Shown in pieces: positions 55,374 to 64,000 of a DNA stretch of 64,000 nucleotides. The translations under genes and the position numbers were made by a program. Source of the stretch: Candidatus Omnitrophota bacterium (lineage in GTDB: Bacteria; Omnitrophota; Gorgyraeia; Gygaellales; UBA12090); the NCBI GenBank assembly GCA_030674475.1, contig JAUSCZ010000041.1, positions 3,481 through 67,480 on the forward strand. Reading direction: 5' to 3'. The notes beneath the pieces are model-generated. The model was not told where the DNA came from, did no database searches, and worked only from the letters and a program-made list of their open reading frames with translations. The number at the start of each line of letters is the position of its first letter. Position 1 is the first letter of the stretch.

Positions 55374-58300
55374 CTATTTATTCTTCTTTTTTACCTCTAT
55401 ACCGTTAGAATGGCCTCCTTTTGACCATTGGCCGGCGCCGTTTTTAGCCTTGACATTAAAATAATACTCTTTCCCGGTCTTAAGCTTTAGGCTAGGGACA
55501 GTAACCGAGGTATTTGTCCCGGCAGAGGTCCAATCCAGGGCATTGGTTTTGCCTTTAGCAGTGCCGATGGAATACTGATATTCGCTAATCCCGGATTCCT
55601 TGTCTGAGCTTGACCAGGAAGCGGAAAGCTTATTATGTGAACGGGTATGCTCTTTACCGTCCTTAACCTTGGGCTTTTCCGGGACAGAGGTATCCACAGT
55701 AACGGTATCGCTGTATACGGAAGACCAGTTACCGGCGGCATCCTTGAATTTAGCATAGACTGTTTTCTTGCCGCTTCCAAAAGATAAACTCCAAGTCTTG
55801 GCCGTAGAATAGGTTTCAGCGCTGGACCAATTACTGTTATCGTTAGAAAACATCATTTCTGACAAGCCGCTGGAAGAATCCGAAGCGGAAAGCATTAAAA
55901 CAACATCGGATTGGGCCGTATAAGAGGCATTATTATTTATCTTTATTGAGCCGCTGGGGGAAGCAGTATCAATTTTAATGGCTGACTCAGCACTCTTAAC
56001 TGTTTCAGAGTTGCCGGCTTTATCAATAGAATAGTATCTTATGCTATAAGTGCCTTCCGTGGATAAAGTAAAGGGAGAGCTATAGGTGAGTGCCGGGTCA
56101 GAACCGTCGGTGGAATAATAGGTCTTGTCCACTCCGGAGACGGAATCCGAGGCAGTTAAAGTAATGGTTACCGAGGCCTTATTCCAGCTATCCGAATCTA
56201 CCCCGGATAATTCCGTGGAAGGCGCGGTCTTATCAATCTTAACCGAAGCAGTCTTGGTTGACTCGGAATTCCCGGCCTTATCCTGAGAATAATATTTTAT
56301 GTTATAACTGCCGTCCTCGGCCATGGTAAAAGGGCCGCTATATGCGCCTACAGCGCTGGAAACATCGGTAGAATAATAGGTCTTGTCCACTCCGGAGGCG
56401 GAATCCGAGGCGGTCAGGGTAATTGTAACTGCCTCTGTATGCCAATCCTCACTATCTCCTAAACCCGACATAGCCGTAGAAGGCGCGGCCTTATCAATCT
56501 TAACTTGATAATCCGCGGTTTTAATTGATTCAGAGTTTCCGGCCTTATCAATAGAATAATATTTTATGGAGTAGGTTCCATCGTCAGATAATGTAAAAGG
56601 CCCGTCATAGGTAGCTGTGGGGTCAGAACCGTCGGTGGAATAATAGGTCTTGTCCGCTCCGGAGACGGAATCCGAGGCGGTTAAAGTAATGGTTACCGAG
56701 GCCTTATTCCAGCTATCCGAATCTACCCCGGATAATTCCGTGGAAGGCGCTGTGCTGTCAACGGTAATTCCGTCAGAATACCCCGTGTCCGACCAAAGCT
56801 CAGCTTCATTTTTGGCCTTGACGCTAAAATAATAAGTCGCGCCCTCGCTTAAGCTAAGCCCGGACTTAGTTACGGATATATCCGTTCCGGCGGATGTCCA
56901 GCCAGTCATATCTGTCGCGCCTGAAGAAGTACCAATGGCATATTGATATTCCAAGATCGCGGATTCATTGTCGGAGCTCGACCAGCCGGCATAAAGCAGA
57001 TCGGTTTTAACCGTATATTGGCCTTCATCCGTTACTTCAGTGGTAGAGGGAGCGGTTGAGTCTTGGGTATCGCTGTCAGCGCCAACCTCAGTTACATAAA
57101 CATTAAAGGTATCCGCCTCGTCTTCCCTGATCCAGACAACCTTATTCCCGGATATGGCCACACCCTGATCCGCCTGTTCACTCACAGTAAGCCTTTTTTC
57201 TTCATCCGTATTCAAATCGTAAAGATAGATATCGGAGTTTCCATTTCTCTCATCCAGATACACAATCTTCTTACCGGATATCGCGCAATACCAGGGATTG
57301 GCCTCATCGCCGGTAATCCTCTTTTCCTCTTTAGAATCCAAATCATAGAGATAGACATCGGTATGGCTGTTACGGCTGTCCAGATAAACCACCCTTTTGC
57401 CGGAAATCCGCGGGCTATAAGGCGAACCGCTGGTATCTGAATTGATTTTGGACTCTTCAGCGCTTTCTAAATCGTATAAATAAACATCACTGCCGACGCG
57501 CTTATCCTGCCAGACTATCTTTTTTCCGGATATCGCGGGGTCCGAAGGATAAGATTCCGCGGAGTTCATTGCCTGCTTTTCTCCTTTATCCAGGTCATAG
57601 AGATAGACGCTTGCGCTATCGCCGTCAGAATCCTCAAGCCAGACGATCTTACTCCCGGAAATGGAAAGGTAATATTTGTCGGATTCGGTTTCGCCGGTAA
57701 TCAGGGTCTCTTCTTTGCTATCCAAATCATAAACATAAATCGGCCACTTGTATTTGTAAGAAGTCTCGCTATCCCGGCTATCATAGAAAACCACCTTGCT
57801 GGCGCAAAGGAAAGGAAACCTCCGGTTGGCCTGAGAGGAAGAGCTAAAAGAAAGTTTTTCTTCCTGGTTAGCCTCTAAATCATAAGAATACAACTCGTAG
57901 TAATCCCCGCTCTTATAGGCCCAGATAATCTTATCTCCGTCAATGGCCGGGCGATTTTCTTCCAGGGCGTCTTTCGCGCTCGCGGAATTAAGCTTCTTTA
58001 TCCCTAAGTGGGTCTGAATATTCAGGGTTCTATCGTCACTTCCCAGCGCGGTCAGGGTTAAAGAAAAATCCACTATCTTCTCGCCGGTAAAAGAAGAAAC
58101 CGCCTTAAACTTAAAAGGGCTGGCGGAATTACTTAGAGAGCCGTCTTTCTTAATTGTGCCGTATTCATAAGAGGATGCGCTTATATTCACATCCGAGTCC
58201 TCTGTGCTCAAAGCGCCCTGCACTGAATAGGCGTCGCCTCCGGTATTCTTGATTTCCACAGTCAGGATAGCCTCTTCATCCTCTTCCACCATCCCATCCC

Positions 58301-60002
58301 CATCTCCGGAAGATTCGCTCACCGCAGCCGAAACAATCTCAAAAGCAGGATCTTCATCGGCAAGCAGGCCGTTAAAGACATTTACCCGGCCTGAGCCCAA
58401 TTTCCCGGAGTATCCGGAATTAAGGCTGTCTATATTATCGGCTGAAGAGGTAATTTTGGCCTTAATCTCACTCTGGGTATAGTCAGGATACTGGCTGATA
58501 ATTAAGCCAGCCAATCCGGCAACATACGGAGAGGCCATAGAAGTGCCTTCAATCGGATCACCCTGGTAAGAACTGCTATAACCCGAAGAATCCGCCAAAA
58601 ATCCCGATGTAGGAACCGTGCTTAATATCCCGCTGTCTTTGGTGCTGTCGCCTCCGGGAGCAAAAACATCCACCCAATCACCGTAATTAGAATAACTGGC
58701 CTTGGTATCATCTTTAGCAGTCGCGCCTACCGCTATAACATTATCAAAAGCCGCGGGATAACAATATGTCTTATCTTCTGTTTCCTCATTTCCGGCGGCC
58801 ACGACAATTATCACGCCCTTAGAATAGGCGTCATCTATTGCTTCTTTTACGGTTTTCAATTTTAAGGATGTTCCGCCGCCAAAACTCATATTCATCACAT
58901 CCGCGCCGTTATCCGCGGCATATTTTATAGCTGAAGCCACATCATCAACTTCAAACAATCCATAGACGTAAGTATTGTCGCTTATGGCAAAACCGGCTCT
59001 CACCGGCATTATCTTACAATCATAACATACCCCGGCTACTCCGAGGCCATTATTCCCCTTGGCCGCGGCTATCCCCGCGACATGCGTGCCGTGGCCGTAA
59101 TAATCTTTTGGCTCATAATCAATTTCCGCGTAATCCTCATCTGAAAATAACACATAGCCCTTATCGGTATAACTGCTAGTTTCAATATTCACAAAGTCCT
59201 TACCCGGATTACCGTCGGCATCATTCCAGATGTTGTCCTTTAAATCCTCGTGATTATAATCAACGCCCGAGTCAATGACCGCGATAATCGTATCCGAATC
59301 ACCGGCATTTATCTCCCATCCGCTTTCAGCCTGGGTATTCTGATGCGCCCACTGCTGGCTGTATTTGGCGTCATTGGGAGCTAGATTGGCCCTGAGAACA
59401 TAATTCGGCTCAGCGTATTCCACCGCCGGACTTTCTTCATAATCAGCCGTCATTTGGGATATATCAGCATCCGAGTCCTGAGTCTTTAAGAGATAAATGC
59501 TTTCCAGGCTGGAAGAGGCCTGTCCACTGTTAAGCGCGCGCTTCTGTCTCTTTTCCAGGCGCAAGATCAGCTCCTCCTGCTTCTTAATCTTTCCCCGGAT
59601 TTCTTCCTTATCCTTTTCTATCCTTTGTTGATAATCCTTATATTCCTGGGAGTCTTTATCCAACTGCCAATACCATCTTTGGTGTTCAACATCAAGCTTG
59701 GCCAAATCCTCTTTAAGGCCGGACAGGACATTTTCCGGATTAGGGGCATCCTTAAATACCCCTTCCATAGAGCTTACTTTATATTTGGAGTTTAATTCTT
59801 GCAAGTCAGTTGTAGTTTTGCTTTCTTTCAGCTTAACTATCAACTGGCCGGGGACATAACTCGCGGGGTCTAATTTTTTAGCCGATATGCCGGAAGGAAG
59901 ATGAGCCTCTTCTGCTAATGCTATGGGAAACAGTGTCAACAGCAGACTTAATATTGCAGTTTGATAAAGTTTTAATTTTGTATTTTGCGAAAATGTCCTC
60001 AT
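55374..60002 (-). CDS. Giant secreted subtilisin-like (S8) serine peptidase with beta-propeller repeats and tandem Ig-like (chitobiase/hexosaminidase C-terminal-like) domains
   Basis: 1542 aa. Signal peptide, a peptidase_S8 triad context (VIDSGVDYNHEDL Asp, HGTHVAGIAA His, GTSMASPYVAG Ser), six ~45-aa YLYDL...IVW repeats, then three ~92-aa repeats (TYYSTDGSDP...YSIKYYSIDKAGNSE). Confidence 0.85.
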   Translation of the reverse strand: MRTFSQNTKLKLYQTAILSLLLTLFPIALAEEAHLPSGISAKKLDPASYVPGQLIVKLKESKTTTDLQELNSKYKVSSMEGVFKDAPNPENVLSGLKEDLAKLDVEHQRWYWQLDKDSQEYKDYQQRIEKDKEEIRGKIKKQEELILRLEKRQKRALNSGQASSSLESIYLLKTQDSDADISQMTADYEESPAVEYAEPNYVLRANLAPNDAKYSQQWAHQNTQAESGWEINAGDSDTIIAVIDSGVDYNHEDLKDNIWNDADGNPGKDFVNIETSSYTDKGYVLFSDEDYAEIDYEPKDYYGHGTHVAGIAAAKGNNGLGVAGVCYDCKIMPVRAGFAISDNTYVYGLFEVDDVASAIKYAADNGADVMNMSFGGGTSLKLKTVKEAIDDAYSKGVIIVVAAGNEETEDKTYCYPAAFDNVIAVGATAKDDTKASYSNYGDWVDVFAPGGDSTKDSGILSTVPTSGFLADSSGYSSSYQGDPIEGTSMASPYVAGLAGLIISQYPDYTQSEIKAKITSSADNIDSLNSGYSGKLGSGRVNVFNGLLADEDPAFEIVSAAVSESSGDGDGMVEEDEEAILTVEIKNTGGDAYSVQGALSTEDSDVNISASSYEYGTIKKDGSLSNSASPFKFKAVSSFTGEKIVDFSLTLTALGSDDRTLNIQTHLGIKKLNSASAKDALEENRPAIDGDKIIWAYKSGDYYELYSYDLEANQEEKLSFSSSSQANRRFPFLCASKVVFYDSRDSETSYKYKWPIYVYDLDSKEETLITGETESDKYYLSISGSKIVWLEDSDGDSASVYLYDLDKGEKQAMNSAESYPSDPAISGKKIVWQDKRVGSDVYLYDLESAEESKINSDTSGSPYSPRISGKRVVYLDSRNSHTDVYLYDLDSKEEKRITGDEANPWYCAISGKKIVYLDERNGNSDIYLYDLNTDEEKRLTVSEQADQGVAISGNKVVWIREDEADTFNVYVTEVGADSDTQDSTAPSTTEVTDEGQYTVKTDLLYAGWSSSDNESAILEYQYAIGTSSGATDMTGWTSAGTDISVTKSGLSLSEGATYYFSVKAKNEAELWSDTGYSDGITVDSTAPSTELSGVDSDSWNKASVTITLTASDSVSGADKTYYSTDGSDPTATYDGPFTLSDDGTYSIKYYSIDKAGNSESIKTADYQVKIDKAAPSTAMSGLGDSEDWHTEAVTITLTASDSASGVDKTYYSTDVSSAVGAYSGPFTMAEDGSYNIKYYSQDKAGNSESTKTASVKIDKTAPSTELSGVDSDSWNKASVTITLTASDSVSGVDKTYYSTDGSDPALTYSSPFTLSTEGTYSIRYYSIDKAGNSETVKSAESAIKIDTASPSGSIKINNNASYTAQSDVVLMLSASDSSSGLSEMMFSNDNSNWSSAETYSTAKTWSLSFGSGKKTVYAKFKDAAGNWSSVYSDTVTVDTSVPEKPKVKDGKEHTRSHNKLSASWSSSDKESGISEYQYSIGTAKGKTNALDWTSAGTNTSVTVPSLKLKTGKEYYFNVKAKNGAGQWSKGGHSNGIEVKKKNK
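55865..56705. repeat. Three tandem ~276-bp intragenic repeats (domain duplications) within the S8 peptidase gene; units 1 and 3 are near-identical at DNA level
   Basis: gtcttgtccactccggagacggaatccgaggc...ccggataattccgtggaaggcgc occurs near 56120 and near 56650. Confidence 0.7.
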
Positions 60003-60100
60003 TATGACTAAAGTATACCATACTTTTTGCCTTTTTCAAGGCCCGGAAGGCGATTTTAGGAAAACGCTTCCTTATCAATAGGCTATTATTTACCATATTG

Positions 60101-61474
60101 TTACATTCCTATATAAAAGCAAGAGAATGGTAAGCCGCTTAATTGATGCGCAATCTTAAACAGCCAAAGCATAGAAAAGTCTATAGTTACCGCTATTGGT
60201 AAGGCTATGGCCGGACAAATCAGTGCCGATACACAAAGAGTAAACCCCAATATTATCACCAGGCTAACCAGAGGCACAATAATCAGGTTAGCCAATATGG
60301 CTACGGGAGTTATAATCCGGAAATAATAGAGGATAAGCCAAAAAGTAGAAAGCCAGGCCGCCAGGGAAACCGCCAGGCTGTTTACCATAAACCTGATTGC
60401 CGGACTTGTTTTGGGTTTTAATTTAAACCAGCCAATAATCCGGGGAGATAATGACACAATCCCTAAAACGCTGATAAAAGAAAGCTGAAAACCGATGTCA
60501 AATATCTGCCTGGGGCTATAACCCAGGATTATCAGGGCGGATAGGCTTAAACTATTAATTATATCCGTATCTCTTTCCAGCAGATATCCGATTAAAACCA
60601 CTACCGCCATCAAAGTAGCCCTGGCTACCGAGGCCTGGGCCCCTACCGCGCACATATGAATAAACAAAATTGGAATAGCCAGAAAATAACGGCATTTGCG
60701 CTTTATTCTTAGAGCCTTCAATAAAAAGAGAACGGTAAAAACCACTATCCCCACATTAAAACCGCTGATGGCAATGATATGGGCGGTGCCGGTGCGGGTA
60801 AAATCCTCCCGGATCTGGGCCGGGAGGCCTTGCCGGTCTCCCAGGGTTATCGCCGATAAAACCGCGCTGTTAAGCGGTTGGAGATATTTTTCAAATATCC
60901 CCTTCAGCCGCTGTTTAATCCTAAAAGCTAAAGAAATAAATAAATTCCCCTTATCCCGGCCTAAAAAGATAATTTCCCTTTCTTTGCCCACCTCCAGAAG
61001 ATAATAAATCCCCTGGCTTTTCAGATACTCCGGGTAGGAAAAACTTGGGTTCGCGCTAAAATTAAACGGCCTATGCAGGGATCCCTCTAAAATCAGCTCA
61101 TCACCATAATAAAAATCATGGCGGCCAAAGGCATTAACCAGAATCTCTCCGCGGACAGGATAAAATTTGTCCGAAATAATCAGTTTTTTAGCCTGGAAGT
61201 GAAAGCTGGTCTTGCGCCTGGTGGATGCCGGGTCATTATCCACAATACCCTGGATCCGCGCGCTTAAGCTTCCCTTAATCTTTAAAGAGCCGATATGCCC
61301 CGGCGGCAATAAATCATAATTCCGGATATGCATTGACCCCAAGGAGAGGCAAAACAATAAAAAGACCCAGAAAAAAACCGCCTTTTTATTTATGAATAAA
61401 AAAGCGGTTAAAAGCATGGCCGCGGATAAAACCAACCAGGCCCAAAAGTGGATATTGATAAAACTACCCGCCAA
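60101..61474 (-). CDS. comEC: ComEC/Rec2-family DNA internalisation membrane protein (no metallo-beta-lactamase domain)
   Basis: 457 aa and polytopic. N-terminal DUF4131-like region plus the competence domain pattern. Confidence 0.65.
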   Translation of the reverse strand: MAGSFINIHFWAWLVLSAAMLLTAFLFINKKAVFFWVFLLFCLSLGSMHIRNYDLLPPGHIGSLKIKGSLSARIQGIVDNDPASTRRKTSFHFQAKKLIISDKFYPVRGEILVNAFGRHDFYYGDELILEGSLHRPFNFSANPSFSYPEYLKSQGIYYLLEVGKEREIIFLGRDKGNLFISLAFRIKQRLKGIFEKYLQPLNSAVLSAITLGDRQGLPAQIREDFTRTGTAHIIAISGFNVGIVVFTVLFLLKALRIKRKCRYFLAIPILFIHMCAVGAQASVARATLMAVVVLIGYLLERDTDIINSLSLSALIILGYSPRQIFDIGFQLSFISVLGIVSLSPRIIGWFKLKPKTSPAIRFMVNSLAVSLAAWLSTFWLILYYFRIITPVAILANLIIVPLVSLVIILGFTLCVSALICPAIALPIAVTIDFSMLWLFKIAHQLSGLPFSCFYIGM

Positions 61475-61529
61475 TATCCCCAGGGTAAAAGAAATCGCGA
61501 TAAAGGTTACTATGGAGATTTATCCTCCT

Positions 61530-61868
61530 TTATTCCAGGATAAGATAATCTTTGAGCCGCTTAAGCTTCTTAGGGCCAAGGCCTTGGACCTTTTGCAGTT
61601 CCTCAAAGCTCTTAAATCCGCCGATAGAATTACGGTATTCTATGATATTTCCGGCCAGGACCGGGCCAATCTCCGGCAGGCGGATTAATTCTTCCAGGCT
61701 GGCTTTATTCGGGTTTATTTTTTTCTCTATTATTGAATGGGGACTTTGCGGCAGGATGACTTTGAATCCGGGGTTTATCTTCTGCAGGTAATTTATAATT
61801 ATCCCGGCCAAGACCACAGCCCCCACAAACAACAAGACCTGTTTTTCCTGGCGGGTCAGATTAAGCAT
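61530..61868 (-). CDS. comEA: ComEA-like helix-hairpin-helix DNA-binding protein
   Basis: 112 aa with an N-terminal TM and the [53 protein letters not shown] tandem HhH motifs. Confidence 0.8.
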   Translation of the reverse strand: MLNLTRQEKQVLLFVGAVVLAGIIINYLQKINPGFKVILPQSPHSIIEKKINPNKASLEELIRLPEIGPVLAGNIIEYRNSIGGFKSFEELQKVQGLGPKKLKRLKDYLILE

Positions 61869-61877
61869 ACCGCGATT

Positions 61878-64000
61878 TTAAATTACTATGTTTACCAATT
61901 TTCCGGGAACCACGATAATTTTCTTTGCCGGCTTATCCTCAATCCACTTCTTTATTCCCGGCTCGTTCAGACAACGCTGTTTTAATTCCTCTTCCGCGAT
62001 ATCTTTGCTGACCACGATAGTGCCTCGGTGTTTACCGTTTATCTGAATCACGATGGTGATATTTTCTTCCGTCAGCAGGCTTTCATCGGCTCGCGGCCAT
62101 GGGGCTCGCGTTATGCTTTCGCTGTGGCCTAAGCCCTGCCAGAGCTCCTCGCTAAAGTGCGGGGCAATCGGAGAAATTAAGACAACTAACTGGGAAAAAA
62201 CCTCTTTATCCGCTCCTGACTGATATATGGCATTAACCAACTCCATCAGGCCGGCGATAGCGGTGTTGAATTTAAATTCCTCTATATCGGCGGTAACCTT
62301 TTTGATGGCCTTATGCAGAGCGCGGTAAACTTGAAGGTCGGCCTTTTCTTTTAAGTTATCCTGGATGCGCCAGAGGCGGTTGAGAAATTTAAAGGCCCCC
62401 TCTATCCCCCGGTCATCCCACTCCAGCTCAGTCTCCGGGGGAGCGGCAAAAAGGATAAACAACCTTAAGGTATCCGCGCCGTATTTCTGAATTATGGAAT
62501 CCGGGTCAACAATATTGCCCCGGGATTTTGACATTACCTCGCCGTCTTTTAAAACCATACCCTGGGTGAGCAGGGATTTAAAAGGTTCGTGGAAATCTAT
62601 CATTCCCAAATCCTGAAAGAACTTGGTGAAAAAACGCGAATATAACAAATGTAGGATGGCGTGCTCAATCCCGCCGATGTATTGATCAACCGGCATCCAA
62701 TATTTGGCTTCTTTAACGTCAAACGGATTATTCTCATCTTGGGGTGAACAGAATCTCAAGAAATACCAGGAAGAATCAAAGAAGGTGGCCATAGTATCGG
62801 TTTCCCGGCGGGCTTTTTCCTGGCATTTAGGACAAACGGTATCCACAAATTCCTTAACCTTGCCTAAAGGACTACCCCCCTCACCGGTAAAAGGCGCATC
62901 TTCAGGAAGCTCCACCGGTAGGGCCTCGTAGGGCACCGGAACAATCCCGCATTTCGGGCAATAAACAATCGGAATAGGTGTTCCCCAATAACGTTGGCGG
63001 GAGATAAGCCAATCCCGAAGCCGCCAATGGGTTACAATTTTACCCATACCCTCTTTCTCCATCCATTGGGCAATTTTAATCTTAGCCTCTTGGTTCGCCA
63101 GGCCGTCAAACTCCCCGGAATTAACCTGTAGACCATCACCCTCATAGGCTTCCCTCATTTCTTCCGGTGACCTGGTGACCTGGTGACCTGGTGACTTTAT
63201 CACAATTCGCATTGGCAAATTGTGTTCTTTAGTAAACAAGAAATCCCTCTGGTCATGGGCAGGCACAGCCATAATCGCGCCTGTGCCGTATTCCATCAAC
63301 ACATAGTCGGCAATCCAGACCAGAATAACTTCCCGGTTAACCGGATTAATGCAATAGGCCCCGGTCCAAACCCCTTCTTTTTTTACATCTTCTTTAACCC
63401 GGGATATTTTGCTCTCCTGAGATACCCTCTCTATAAAGGTTAAGGCCTCTTTTTCTTGCGGTCTACCCCGGATAATCTCTTTTACTAAGGGGTGTTCCGG
63501 CGCCAAAACCACATAGGTTGCCCCGAAAATAGTATCCGCTCGGGTGGTAAAGACCGTAATTACCTTATCGCTATCTTTCAGGCGAAAATATATTTCCGTC
63601 CCCTGGCTCTTTCCAATCCAGTTGCTCTGCATGGCGATAACCCGCGGGGGCCATTTATCCAACTGCTTCAAATCCTCCAGCAGACGCTCCTTGTATTCGG
63701 TAATCTTCAGATACCACTGTTCCAGCTCTTTCTGCTCCACCGGACTGTGGCACCTCCAGCATTCACCCTCAATAACCTCTTCATTGGCCAGAGTGGTTGA
63801 GCAGGAAGGGCACCAGTTAACCCCGGAGGCCTTTTTATACGCTAAGCCGCGCTCAAACATCTTCAGGAATATCCACTGGTTCCATTTATAATAACTGCTG
63901 TCGCAGGTGGAAAGCTCCCGCTCCCAATCATAGGAAAAACCCATCTTCTTTAATTCCACCTTCATCCACTCAATACACTTATGGGTCCAATCATCCGGCT
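61878..64000 (-). CDS. leuS: Leucyl-tRNA synthetase, C-terminal ~700 aa (N-terminus beyond the window end); carries an in-frame octamer-repeat insertion
   Basis: Editing-domain and anticodon-binding regions with a KMSKS motif (VMSKSRGN). The ORF-track start at 63965 is internal. The inserted segment SPGHQVTRSP is encoded by 63157..63197. Confidence 0.9.
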   Translation of the reverse strand, partial: PDDWTHKCIEWMKVELKKMGFSYDWERELSTCDSSYYKWNQWIFLKMFERGLAYKKASGVNWCPSCSTTLANEEVIEGECWRCHSPVEQKELEQWYLKITEYKERLLEDLKQLDKWPPRVIAMQSNWIGKSQGTEIYFRLKDSDKVITVFTTRADTIFGATYVVLAPEHPLVKEIIRGRPQEKEALTFIERVSQESKISRVKEDVKKEGVWTGAYCINPVNREVILVWIADYVLMEYGTGAIMAVPAHDQRDFLFTKEHNLPMRIVIKSPGHQVTRSPEEMREAYEGDGLQVNSGEFDGLANQEAKIKIAQWMEKEGMGKIVTHWRLRDWLISRQRYWGTPIPIVYCPKCGIVPVPYEALPVELPEDAPFTGEGGSPLGKVKEFVDTVCPKCQEKARRETDTMATFFDSSWYFLRFCSPQDENNPFDVKEAKYWMPVDQYIGGIEHAILHLLYSRFFTKFFQDLGMIDFHEPFKSLLTQGMVLKDGEVMSKSRGNIVDPDSIIQKYGADTLRLFILFAAPPETELEWDDRGIEGAFKFLNRLWRIQDNLKEKADLQVYRALHKAIKKVTADIEEFKFNTAIAGLMELVNAIYQSGADKEVFSQLVVLISPIAPHFSEELWQGLGHSESITRAPWPRADESLLTEENITIVIQINGKHRGTIVVSKDIAEEELKQRCLNEPGIKKWIEDKPAKKIIVVPGKLVNIVI
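63157..63197. repeat. 40-bp octamer-repeat element inside leuS (encodes SPGHQVTRSP), followed by the hairpin cacaattcgcattggcaaattgtg
   Basis: atttcttccggtgacctggtgacctggtgacctggtgactt. Identical core to 25370..25409. Confidence 0.85.

Noticed and set aside
55242-55424. 60-aa plus-strand ORF MRQRKGAIYKMCHCEARSEAIPSERLLRFARNDAS
   Set aside because: It is encoded across the 65-bp palindrome. The self-complementary DNA generates the open frame.

Overview
The window is gene-dense, with roughly 60 CDS, almost all on the minus strand, from a Gram-negative (diderm) bacterium. Diderm markers are TolC, BamD, LptE, LpxL, Lnt and HflKC. GC content is about 45%. No rRNA, tRNA or CRISPR was found.

Housekeeping content, left to right:
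- A CzcCBA/CusCBA-type heavy-metal RND efflux operon. The permease is truncated at the window start.
- A LeuA-family synthase and an aminotransferase.
- hflKC, purE, a Sua5-type L-threonylcarbamoyladenylate synthase (tsaC), purC and GTP-dependent PEPCK.
- An iron-uptake locus: fur, a YezD-like gene, a porin, an FMN-binding protein, a split feoB, and a DtxR-family regulator with a C-terminal FeoA domain (dtxR-feoA).
- A DsbA-like protein, a 755-aa secreted protein, a ZIP-family metal transporter and a glycine-zipper lipoprotein.
- A cell-envelope glycosylation cluster (GT4, epimerase, BNR-repeat protein).
- lpxL, an M23 peptidase, lnt, secA, prfB with its programmed +1 frameshift, pilT, ogt, uvrC.
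- murJ, rpsT, holA, lptE, bamD, a 1542-aa S8 protease, comEC, comEA and a leuS that runs off the window end.

Three things stand out.

1. A ~7-kb toxin-antitoxin / anti-phage island (about 43.9-51.0 kb) sits exactly at the murJ/uvrC junction, bounded by ~85-bp duplicated junction repeats. It carries:
- a RelE/Phd pair;
- a HipB-HipS-HipT-like tripartite module split by a MITE;
- an AbiL-like AAA_21 ATPase plus RloB pair;
- an uncharacterised 268-aa gene;
- modular ~170-bp inter-cassette repeats.

2. A second small insertion (15.6-16.6 kb) follows the same logic. An MNT/AbiEii-like nucleotidyltransferase plus a small partner sit inside a duplicated 95-bp copy of the dtxR-feoA 3' end.

3. The genome carries several families of short structured repeats that insert in-frame into protein-coding genes:
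- a 65-bp palindromic element with a 4-bp target duplication inside the GT4 gene;
- a 40-bp octamer-repeat element that adds the peptide SPGHQVTRSP to LeuS and to the 755-aa protein;
- in-frame heptamer tandem repeats in lnt and lptE;
- MITE-like elements with gtcatt...aatgac termini.

Coordinates are 1-based on the plus strand. Product names rest on my reading of conserved motifs in the supplied translations, not on database searches.
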